From: a virus
Length of the DNA: 6,555 nt
Reading direction: 5' to 3' (one strand)
Virus record (IMG/VR): IMGVR_UViG_3300020019_000062
Location: 1 to 6,555 of that record
In this document: piece after piece, positions 1-5,953 of the stretch
Numbering within the stretch: the first letter of the stretch is position 1
Layout of the letters: each line of letters starts with the position of its first letter
The notes under the pieces: generated by a model
The model's input: the letters and a program-made list of their open reading frames with translations, nothing else
What the model was told of the DNA's origin: nothing
Database searches by the model: none
Translations under genes and position numbers: made by a program

Positions 1-121
1 GAAAGAGGACGAACAGCTTTACAAGAAACATCACAATTAATTAAAAACTGATCACTCTCCCAAATAGAATTAGCAGCAACAGCAAAGATAGAATCCAAAG
101 TATTCGGATTTACCTTAAAGA
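1..121. repeat. Terminal redundancy, copy 1 (identical to 6435-6555); circular-contig overlap
   Basis: A base-by-base comparison shows all 121 nt identical to the last 121 nt of the window. The repeat lies inside the VP1 reading frame, and joining the two ends restores a single intact ORF. Confidence 0.97.
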
Positions 122-1847
122 ACGGCCAAGAAATAGAAGCAGCTTTACCATTCTTAGAATTAAACCATTTAAACAAATAGTTATCATCAATTGGAGCAAC
201 CCAATCTTTAAGAGAGGTAGTAAACGCACCGTGAACACGATCTATCTTAGATTTCCAAGGCCAATAACGAGGGTTATAACCAAGAAAATCATTCAAAAGT
301 GTACCATCAAATCTATTAGAGTTAAATAGTGTAGTAGCAGGAACAGCCTCCATACCAATATTATCAAATTCAGGAATAGGAAGGTCCTCTACAGAAGTAC
401 AAAGCAACTGAGGATCCTGACCGGAAATTGCATAATCCAAAAGAGGCAAAGCGTGATAAATGCACATAATAATACAATACTGAGAACCTGTATGATAACG
501 CATCTTACCAGTACCAGATCCAACACCTTTACCATAAATAACAGCCTCAGAGCCATCTTCATAAAGGTTATTATTTACAACTTCAGAAATATCAAGATTA
601 CGAGCAATACCACCAATATACTGAGCCATATGAGACATAAAAGCAGGAGTATTAATACCAAAATGAGCCTTAATTTGATCGCGATAATTAGTATCTACAG
701 ATTGAGTAATCTCTTTCCACTTCTGAAGAGCTTCAGCTTGACGAAGAGCAAGAATAGAGAAAGAAGCAACATCAGCATTATTAATACGAGCAACCATTGA
801 TTGACGAGCAGAAACAGAAGTAGAACCAGAAATACCCATAGGAGACGTATCCGAAACAGAGGACATCGCGGTAGCATTAAATGCCTGAGTGAATACGTCT
901 GTATCAGAAAGAAAACCGACAGGAATTGTACCGGAACCAGAATCACCTAAATTTACAACCGCTACGTCACCAAATTGGGAATTAGGAAGAATTCCCATAA
1001 ACATGTCCTTATTCCAGTTACAATAACGAAGAGAAAACATGTTATCACGTTTCCAATAATCATTAGAGGCCGGAATAGAATTCTCAATACCTGAAGTACC
1101 AAACAAATTACCAGAACCATTGTAATAATCTACATTGTAAGATGTAGGATCAGCGGTTTCCCATTGAGACCAACGGAAAAAGTCTTGATAGATCTTTTGA
1201 TAAGTCAAAAGAGGGAAAAGAGAAACAGCATTATTATTCAAGTATTTTTGAGAATAATCACTAACACCGGAAACGGTAAAAGAAGTATTCCACCAACGAT
1301 TAGAAGTAGTTCCAACATTTACACAATCAGGATTCACAAAATTGCCGTAATTCAAATAGGAAAGCAATTTAAAATTAACATCACCTCTATTATAGCCAAA
1401 AATATTAGCATGAGATGAGGTAACAGTAACAGTTTGCCCTAAAGGGGTGTTTCCTCCAGAAAAATAGACAGCAGAAGATATATCAGATAAAGTACACCAA
1501 GGAATATCAGTTCCAACAGTAAGAGGATCAAGCAAAGTTTTAGACTGAACAGGAGCAATTTCACCCATCTGGATCACAGCAGAATCAAATGACTTCCATA
1601 GAAGATTACAGGGAACAGCATAAAAATCAAAATACTCACGGATACGAGTATAGGAGGCTGTCTGAACAGGACGAGTTCGAGTAAAGTAAGCCAAATCAAT
1701 ATCATAATCACAACCAGGAATTGCCAAATCCCAATAAACAGGAAGCAATTCACCTACCTTGGCAGTAAATACATTTTTACCACCAATATCAAAACCAGCT
1801 TTATGAGGATGATTTTGAAGCTCTTTCAAACCAGTAAAATGTGCCAT
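1..1847 (-). CDS. Major capsid protein VP1 (phiX174 F homologue); N-terminal 615 codons plus 2 nt, cut by linearisation of the circular genome
   Basis: Absent from the ORF track because it runs off position 1. I read every minus-strand codon in the frame starting at 1847 and found no stop down to position 1. The ATG at 1845-1847 is preceded by an in-frame TAA at 1851-1853, so the start is unambiguous. The translation begins MAHFTGLKELQNHPHKAGFDIGGKNVFTAKVGELLPVYWDLAIPGCDYDIDLAYFTRTRPVQTASYTRIREYFDFYAVPCNLLWKSF. This fits the conserved N-terminal pattern of Microviridae capsid proteins (FD.. / G.L.P / PG.D / R..P / F.VP..L.W). The frame continues through the junction to a TAA at 6413-6415, giving 1869 nt and 622 aa in total. 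Confidence 0.92.
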   Translation of the reverse strand, partial: MAHFTGLKELQNHPHKAGFDIGGKNVFTAKVGELLPVYWDLAIPGCDYDIDLAYFTRTRPVQTASYTRIREYFDFYAVPCNLLWKSFDSAVIQMGEIAPVQSKTLLDPLTVGTDIPWCTLSDISSAVYFSGGNTPLGQTVTVTSSHANIFGYNRGDVNFKLLSYLNYGNFVNPDCVNVGTTSNRWWNTSFTVSGVSDYSQKYLNNNAVSLFPLLTYQKIYQDFFRWSQWETADPTSYNVDYYNGSGNLFGTSGIENSIPASNDYWKRDNMFSLRYCNWNKDMFMGILPNSQFGDVAVVNLGDSGSGTIPVGFLSDTDVFTQAFNATAMSSVSDTSPMGISGSTSVSARQSMVARINNADVASFSILALRQAEALQKWKEITQSVDTNYRDQIKAHFGINTPAFMSHMAQYIGGIARNLDISEVVNNNLYEDGSEAVIYGKGVGSGTGKMRYHTGSQYCIIMCIYHALPLLDYAISGQDPQLLCTSVEDLPIPEFDNIGMEAVPATTLFNSNRFDGTLLNDFLGYNPRYWPWKSKIDRVHGAFTTSLKDWVAPIDDNYLFKWFNSKNGKAASISWPFFKVNPNTLDSIFAVAANSIWESDQFLINCDVSCKAVRPL

Positions 1848-1859
1848 AAATTAAATTAG

Positions 1860-3695
1860 TTAAGCAGAAAATAATAAAACACCTTGCATATCATTAAACT
1901 CTTTATGCTTAATCTTATCCTTCAGGACAGTCTCCGTACGGGCGGTTAACCATTTAAGAGTTTTCATATAACGCTTATAAAGATCATCAGGAAGACAATT
2001 TACATAATCTTCACGCTGAGTATAAGTCCAAGAATGAGGAGAATCAGTAACAAGACCAGAACCTGAAGCACGAACAAGGAGGAACAAACGCTCGTCATCG
2101 TTACAACCTTCGAGGTACTCAAAATAGGTAGTCAAAAAACGATATTCTTTCTTTTTCCAGTATTCCCATCCATGCGACCAAATTTTTTTAATAGCAGCCT
2201 TTAAAGACCAAGAATCAGTATATTGTTTCAAATTCCAAAACCTAAAACAACGTAGAACTTTAGCAAACAAGCGATATAATCTACCAAAAATCATATCTTT
2301 GTTAACTACGTAACCATCAAAAAGACGTGCTTCGCGAAATATCAATTCATCAGCATAATCACGAGTTCTATAACCTCTAAGAAAACAAAGGCTGAATGAA
2401 AAGTCGGTAAAATTCCGCTCATAGTATTCAGAATAAGCACGTACAAGGTCAGATAATCGAAAACCATCAGAGCCAAAATTAGGAGTATCTATTCCAAGAT
2501 AGCCGCGTGAAACGAGGCGTTCGGGTGTTTCAATGATAGACTGAAATAACTTGCAACAAGTATCACAATCTGAGAAAAAATCATTAGAGAATCTGGGGAA
2601 TACCGCAAGCTCACTCTGCCGTACAGGCCTGATGTTGACAACCTTGCCATTAGAATCGACGTTAATGCCATCAAAGAAGAGATTGGATATGTTTGAAATT
2701 TCTGAAACGTCGGACGATTTAGGAAAGATTTTATTCGAGCCAAATCCCTTGGAATGGAAGGATCTAGGGCGGATTTCTTTTTGTCCAACATAAAAGAATG
2801 GTAAACAAGCAGAACTATTAACGTATGACGCAACATAGGAAGCAGCCGCTCCACGGGAGAGAGAGTAATCGATACGACCGTAGGACCAAGCCTTAGATAT
2901 ATCTTCTCGAAGTGTTTTGGTGATCTCTTCCGAGTCAAAGAATAATAAACAATGCCAATGCGGACGGTAAGTTTGAGGTCCGTATTCTGATACAACGTAG
3001 TAACATATTTTCGAGGAAGTGAATCCATGTGAATCTAAATTTCTTCTTAAACGTTTAAAAAATAATTCAATATCACGAGATTGAAGAACAGGTATCTGCA
3101 ACTTACAATCAGCAAGAGAAGGGTAAACTACCTTGTTCAAACCATAATCATAACGACCATTAACCTTAACTAAAATATCATGAAGTTCAGTAAGTTTCAT
3201 AGGAATACAAAACTTCAGAGGCTCGTCGTCAAAGGAACGAAAGCGAAATGATCCTTTTGATTTTACAGAAACGTCTCTAAGGATAGACTGAAACCCTATA
3301 TCAAAAACTTGCTCAACTTCATTCTGAGCAGGATCGAGGGAAAGGTCACGATCATGATAATATTCAGGAGTTAAAAATCGAGGGTCGGAAGTGGAAACCA
3401 TTGTCTCAAAATTTTCATCAAAGAGATAACGATTACCAGACCTCCGAACAACCTCGACTGACAAGTAAGGAAGAAATATATCCTTGTATGTAAGAGTAAC
3501 GAAATAACAATACTTAAAATGTGTAGCCATATTCATGGCATAAGCCGTAGCAAAATTCGACTTATTTATAATACATGACTTACAATGACCGCACGGAGCG
3601 AATATCACATCATGAGAATAAGGGTTCACAATTCTCTGAGGTCTAAGGCACTCAGTGAAAAGATATTTCGTCAATAATTCTTCCTTAGGTATCAT
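1860..3695 (-). CDS. Rolling-circle replication initiation protein VP4 (HUH endonuclease, phiX174 A-protein family), 611 aa
   Basis: ATG at 3693-3695 and TAA at 1860-1862. The three rolling-circle Rep motifs appear in order. Motif I is CYFVTLTY (aa 63-70). The HUH motif is RPHWHCLLFF (H246-W-H248, nt 2952-2960). The two-tyrosine motif is SYVASYVNS (Y287 and Y291, nt 2835-2837 and 2823-2825), which parallels YVAKYVNK of phiX174 protein A. There is also an N-terminal Cys cluster, PCGHCKSC (aa 34-41). Confidence 0.93.
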   Translation of the reverse strand: MIPKEELLTKYLFTECLRPQRIVNPYSHDVIFAPCGHCKSCIINKSNFATAYAMNMATHFKYCYFVTLTYKDIFLPYLSVEVVRRSGNRYLFDENFETMVSTSDPRFLTPEYYHDRDLSLDPAQNEVEQVFDIGFQSILRDVSVKSKGSFRFRSFDDEPLKFCIPMKLTELHDILVKVNGRYDYGLNKVVYPSLADCKLQIPVLQSRDIELFFKRLRRNLDSHGFTSSKICYYVVSEYGPQTYRPHWHCLLFFDSEEITKTLREDISKAWSYGRIDYSLSRGAAASYVASYVNSSACLPFFYVGQKEIRPRSFHSKGFGSNKIFPKSSDVSEISNISNLFFDGINVDSNGKVVNIRPVRQSELAVFPRFSNDFFSDCDTCCKLFQSIIETPERLVSRGYLGIDTPNFGSDGFRLSDLVRAYSEYYERNFTDFSFSLCFLRGYRTRDYADELIFREARLFDGYVVNKDMIFGRLYRLFAKVLRCFRFWNLKQYTDSWSLKAAIKKIWSHGWEYWKKKEYRFLTTYFEYLEGCNDDERLFLLVRASGSGLVTDSPHSWTYTQREDYVNCLPDDLYKRYMKTLKWLTARTETVLKDKIKHKEFNDMQGVLLFSA

Positions 3696-3699
3696 GCTA

Positions 3700-3891
3700 T
3701 TAGAGGTTTACAGAAGCTTGAACCAAAATAATAGCATTAGGAGTAGAATCAAGAATAGAAGCAACAGTTTCTGCTAAGGAACTAGAGGTTTCTACAAATG
3801 ACTGCTTTGGTGAAACACCGGGCAATTGAACCGAAATGATAAAACCATTCACAGATTTTTTTTCTTCTTTCTTCAATACTTGTTTTTCCAT
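3700..3891 (-). CDS. Hypothetical small protein, 63 aa (MEKQVLKKEEKKSVNGFIISVQLPGVSPKQSFVETSSSLAETVASILDSTPNAIILVQASVNL)
   Basis: This is the internal ATG (3889-3891) of the 122-aa track ORF. The track ORF starts at a TTG, and its first 59 residues are the Leu-rich off-frame reading of the upstream 67-aa gene. It begins 16 nt after that gene's stop and ends (TAA 3700-3702) 4 nt before the VP4 ATG. That tight packing is typical of a microvirus operon. I recognise no family. Confidence 0.5.
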   Translation of the reverse strand: MEKQVLKKEEKKSVNGFIISVQLPGVSPKQSFVETSSSLAETVASILDSTPNAIILVQASVNL

Positions 3892-3907
3892 AACAATAAA
3901 ATTTAAA

Positions 3908-4111
3908 TTAGTACTTGGGATTAATATTAATATGAGTAGAATCCACAGATGAGGTAGATGTCTGCTCAGTTTTTTGAGTAGAGTTAGTATTGTTCTTAGC
4001 AACAGACAAAGAAAGTGTGCAAGAATGAACAAACAATGTAGTAATAACGCCAATAACAAATGTGGCAATCAATTTAACGATTTCAATCCACTGAGTAGCT
4101 GTAATTTTCAT
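3908..4111 (-). CDS. Hypothetical small membrane protein, 67 aa, with one N-terminal transmembrane helix and a Ser/Thr/Asn-rich tail
   Basis: ATG at 4109-4111 and TAA at 3908-3910. The sequence is MKITATQWIEIVKLIATFVIGVITTLFVHSCTLSLSVAKNNTNSTQKTEQTSTSSVDSTHININPKY. It has a clear hydrophobic segment of about 22 residues (IEIVKLIATFVIGVITTLFV) followed by a polar tail. It is the first gene after the long noncoding region and is preceded by an A11 leader. I recognise no family. Confidence 0.6.
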   Translation of the reverse strand: MKITATQWIEIVKLIATFVIGVITTLFVHSCTLSLSVAKNNTNSTQKTEQTSTSSVDSTHININPKY

Positions 4112-4131
4112 AATTTTTTTTTTTAGATGGG

Positions 4132-4164
4132 CAAAACTAATAAAGAATAATTGTAATCAACAAA
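4132..4164 (-). promoter_or_regulatory. Candidate Bacteroides-type promoter (-33 TTTG / -7 TAnnTTTG) for the sense-strand operon
   Basis: The minus strand reads TTTG (4161-4164), then 21 nt, then TAGTTTTG (4132-4139), then 20 nt (CCCATCTAAAAAAAAAAATT), then the ATG at 4111. This fits the Bacteroides primary-sigma consensus TTTG-N(about 19-21)-TAnnTTTG. Two other TAnnTTTG matches exist on this strand, at 4161-4168 and 4296-4303, so the choice is not unique. Confidence 0.3.
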
Positions 4165-4209
4165 TTTATTAACTATTATTATAAATAAAGTAGTATATTG
4201 GGGGGGGTG

Positions 4210-4519
4210 TGTCATTTTTCGTATATATGACAAGAATAGAGAGTAATTACTAAGATAAAGTAATTACCCTTCGGGAAAAATGAAATAGGCTTCGCCAAAA
4301 ATAAATCATCCGACTATAAAGCTATCATGAATTAGTTTTACTTCGTAAAACATCTGGCGGACTCGCCGCTATTTTTTTTTAAATTTTACAGGGAGTGAAC
4401 TCTGCGATAAGACAAACGGACAGATACCTTAAGAAACTGATTAAGGACAGAAGTGTTCGCTAAAGCGAATGCGCCTTCGGCGATATCAAAGTGCTAACGC
4501 TCTAGGGCAAAGCCCTAGA
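4210..4519. other. Structured noncoding region: a cluster of at least nine short hairpins; candidate complementary-strand origin or other ssDNA/RNA structural element
   Basis: Hairpins read by eye, in window order. 4210-4232: tgtcat, 11 nt, atgaca. 4243-4267: gtaattac, 9 nt, gtaattac. 4267-4275: ccc ttc ggg. 4288-4296: ggc ttc gcc. 4335-4351: gttttac ttc gtaaaac. 4355-4371: tggcgg actcg ccgcta (G-T wobble at 4356:4370). 4427-4446: ccttaa, 8 nt, ttaagg. 4456-4469: ttcgc taaa gcgaa. 4472-4482: cgcc ttc ggcg. 4501-4519: tctagggc aaa gccctaga. Confidence 0.5.
4355..4380 (+). terminator. Terminator-like hairpin plus T9 tract on the antisense (window plus) strand
   Basis: The stem is t-g-gcgg / ccgc-t-a (4355-4360 with 4366-4371; four G:C pairs plus a wobble and an A:T pair). 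The loop is actcg, followed immediately by ttttttttt (4372-4380). No plus-strand gene precedes it, so its function is unclear. It could stop antisense transcription or simply be part of the hairpin cluster. Confidence 0.25.
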
Positions 4520-4665
4520 ACCCTCTTTTGTCGCTCGCGCTATATAAAAAAAGGAAGTACTATTATTGGCAACAATACAAAAGAACGAAACAATAAACAC
4601 TTAACTGAAGAGTAATTAACAAATAAGAAGATAAAAAGCCATATAATTAAACACAATAATAATAT

Positions 4666-4729
4666 AAATAAAAAGCTCCGGTGTGAAATCTCTATAATCT
4701 GAACGATTATAGAAACATACACGCGGAGC
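4666..4729 (-). terminator. Candidate intrinsic terminator ending the sense-strand transcription unit after VP2
   Basis: The structure begins 34 nt downstream of the VP2 stop on the minus strand. The outer stem pairs 4675-4684 (gctccggtgt) with 4719-4729 (acacgcggagc), giving 10 bp with one bulged g at 4723. The inner stem pairs 4691-4698 (tctataat) with 4706-4713 (attataga), giving 8 bp and a 7-nt loop. On the minus strand it is followed directly by TTTTTATTT (4666-4674). Confidence 0.45.
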
Positions 4730-4762
4730 AATAAATTAGACTAAATAGGAGCAATTAATATA

Positions 4763-5953
4763 CTAATGGAAACCTCTAATAGCCTTAGGGCCACGAAGAC
4801 CACGACCAAGCATTAAAGGAAGGCCAATACCATTACCAATGCGACCAATAGACTCGATACCAGTATTCCAATAACGAGAGCTATAATTATATTCATCAAG
4901 CTGACCTTTAGCAACATCTCCTTTTCCACGAGCTTGACCAGCTTCACGAGCATAACCAGCATAACCACGAGAAAACATTTCATCAGAAGAATACTGCCAT
5001 TGAAGAGCACCAATCAATTGATCAGAAGTTTCAGAAGCAACCTTATTGGAAATCTTCTGACCTTCAGTTTCAGCCATATTCAAAAGCTGTTTAGTAACCT
5101 CAGTCTTACACTGTTGAAGAGATAAACGACCAGCAGAAAAAGCTTGAAAAGCCTGATTAGCCATCATAAATAACTGTAAGGATTGAGAAGAATCCAAATA
5201 CTTATTAATGGTTCTCTTAGATTCATTAGACAAAAGAATCTCAGTACGTTGAGCACGTTGAATCTTGTTAACCCATTTCATATTTTCAAGATTTTGTAGA
5301 TCAGTATTGAAAGATAATTGAGCACGAGACATACCAGTAGTTTGTAACCACTTCCGATATTCAGGAGTCAACTTATACCAATCAATATTAGAAAGAGTAT
5401 CAGCAGCCTTAGCATCAGATAAGGACTTTTGACCCTGAAGGCTAGAAACCTCAGCATTAGAAACTTTAGTATTATTATCCATCTGAATAGCCGTAGATAA
5501 AGCACTCTGAATACCATCAAATTGCAAAGGATTATTCTGAATAGGAGGAGCAGCAGAAGCAGGAGAAGAAGATCCAGCAACTTGAGCAGTTCCAACATTA
5601 GAAGAATCCATACCTAAATAAGGATTATATCCAGCTTCCTGAAGACGCTTACGAATATTCTTAGGAGAATTCCACTCATTAGTCTTATTCCACATTTCAG
5701 TCTGATATTTACGAGCCTTTTCAGCTTCAAGAGCATTAAACTCATTATTCATCTTATTGATCTGCATATTCTTAGAATTAGAAGAGTTAGTACCAAGAAT
5801 ATTACCAACCAAAGAAGCAGTACCAGAAGCAAGACCAGCAACAATCAAAGGAGAAATACCAAACTGAATAAAGAAATTATTATTCAGCTGAATCAGATGA
5901 TCCAGAAGAAACAGAAGACTGAGCAGCAGCAGCGGCAGCAATTTCTTTATCAT
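4763..5953 (-). CDS. Minor capsid / DNA pilot protein VP2 (phiX174 H-like), 396 aa from the first ATG; start uncertain
   Basis: The track ORF starts at a GTG (5960-5962); the first ATG is at 5951-5953. The stop is TAG at 4763-4765. A Gly/Ala/Ser-rich hydrophobic stretch (GISPLIVAGLASGTASLVGNILG) is followed by NKMNNEFNALEAEKARKYQTEMWNKTNEWNSPKNIRKRLQEAGYNPYL, then a long Gln-rich helical region. This matches the usual VP2 N-terminal layout, including the A-G-(L/Y)-NP motif. The position next to the capsid gene cluster is also typical. Confidence 0.8.
   Translation of the reverse strand: MIKKLLPLLLLSLLFLLDHLIQLNNNFFIQFGISPLIVAGLASGTASLVGNILGTNSSNSKNMQINKMNNEFNALEAEKARKYQTEMWNKTNEWNSPKNIRKRLQEAGYNPYLGMDSSNVGTAQVAGSSSPASAAPPIQNNPLQFDGIQSALSTAIQMDNNTKVSNAEVSSLQGQKSLSDAKAADTLSNIDWYKLTPEYRKWLQTTGMSRAQLSFNTDLQNLENMKWVNKIQRAQRTEILLSNESKRTINKYLDSSQSLQLFMMANQAFQAFSAGRLSLQQCKTEVTKQLLNMAETEGQKISNKVASETSDQLIGALQWQYSSDEMFSRGYAGYAREAGQARGKGDVAKGQLDEYNYSSRYWNTGIESIGRIGNGIGLPLMLGRGLRGPKAIRGFH

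Noticed and set aside
1-121. The terminal direct repeat as a biological element such as a DTR, LTR or att duplication.
   Set aside because: The repeat lies inside the capsid reading frame, and joining the ends restores one intact gene. This is the signature of a circular contig assembled with overlap.
453-800. Plus-strand ORFs antisense to well-supported genes: 453-800, 1164-1418, 2551-2793, 4934-5125 and 6192-6386.
   Set aside because: All lie fully inside strongly supported minus-strand genes. Their products are low-complexity and rich in Ile, Asn, Thr, Lys and Arg, as expected from reading the A-rich antisense strand. None has a recognisable motif or a sensible gene context.
695-946. Short minus-strand off-frame ORFs inside VP1, VP2 and ORF173: 695-946, 4813-5013, 5368-5598 and 6098-6289.
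   Set aside because: They are Leu/Phe-rich off-frame readings of a T-rich coding strand, only 63 to 83 aa long, which is ordinary for this composition. Only the much longer 179-aa ORF in VP4 was kept as a finding.
3700-4068. The 122-aa ORF as given in the track.
   Set aside because: Its start is a TTG. Its first 59 residues (MPHLLLALLLHCLFILAHFLCLLL...) are the off-frame reading of the better-supported 67-aa TM gene. The region is better explained as two tandem small genes, 3908-4111 and 3700-3891.
4267-4482. Reading the cttcg hairpins as RNA C(UUCG)G tetraloops of a plus-strand ncRNA, or as a tRNA-like element.
   Set aside because: The tetraloop register gives proper closing pairs in only one or two of the four hairpins, while the 3-nt loop register works for all four. 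There is no cloverleaf, no T-loop or anticodon arm geometry, and no convincing plus-strand promoter. A structured RNA is not excluded but is less parsimonious than ssDNA hairpins.
4540-4731. A 63-aa hydrophobic ORF in the noncoding region.
   Set aside because: It starts at a TTG and contains no ATG. It begins inside the terminator-like hairpin and is Phe/Ile/Leu low-complexity sequence from an AT-rich spacer. A tiny membrane peptide cannot be fully excluded.
4112-4762. A dif-like XerC/XerD site for chromosomal integration, as proposed for Bacteroidota microvirus prophages.
   Set aside because: I could not find a convincing 11-6-11 imperfect palindrome resembling known dif sites by eye. No integrase is encoded. 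A proper motif search against the host dif sequence is needed before any claim.
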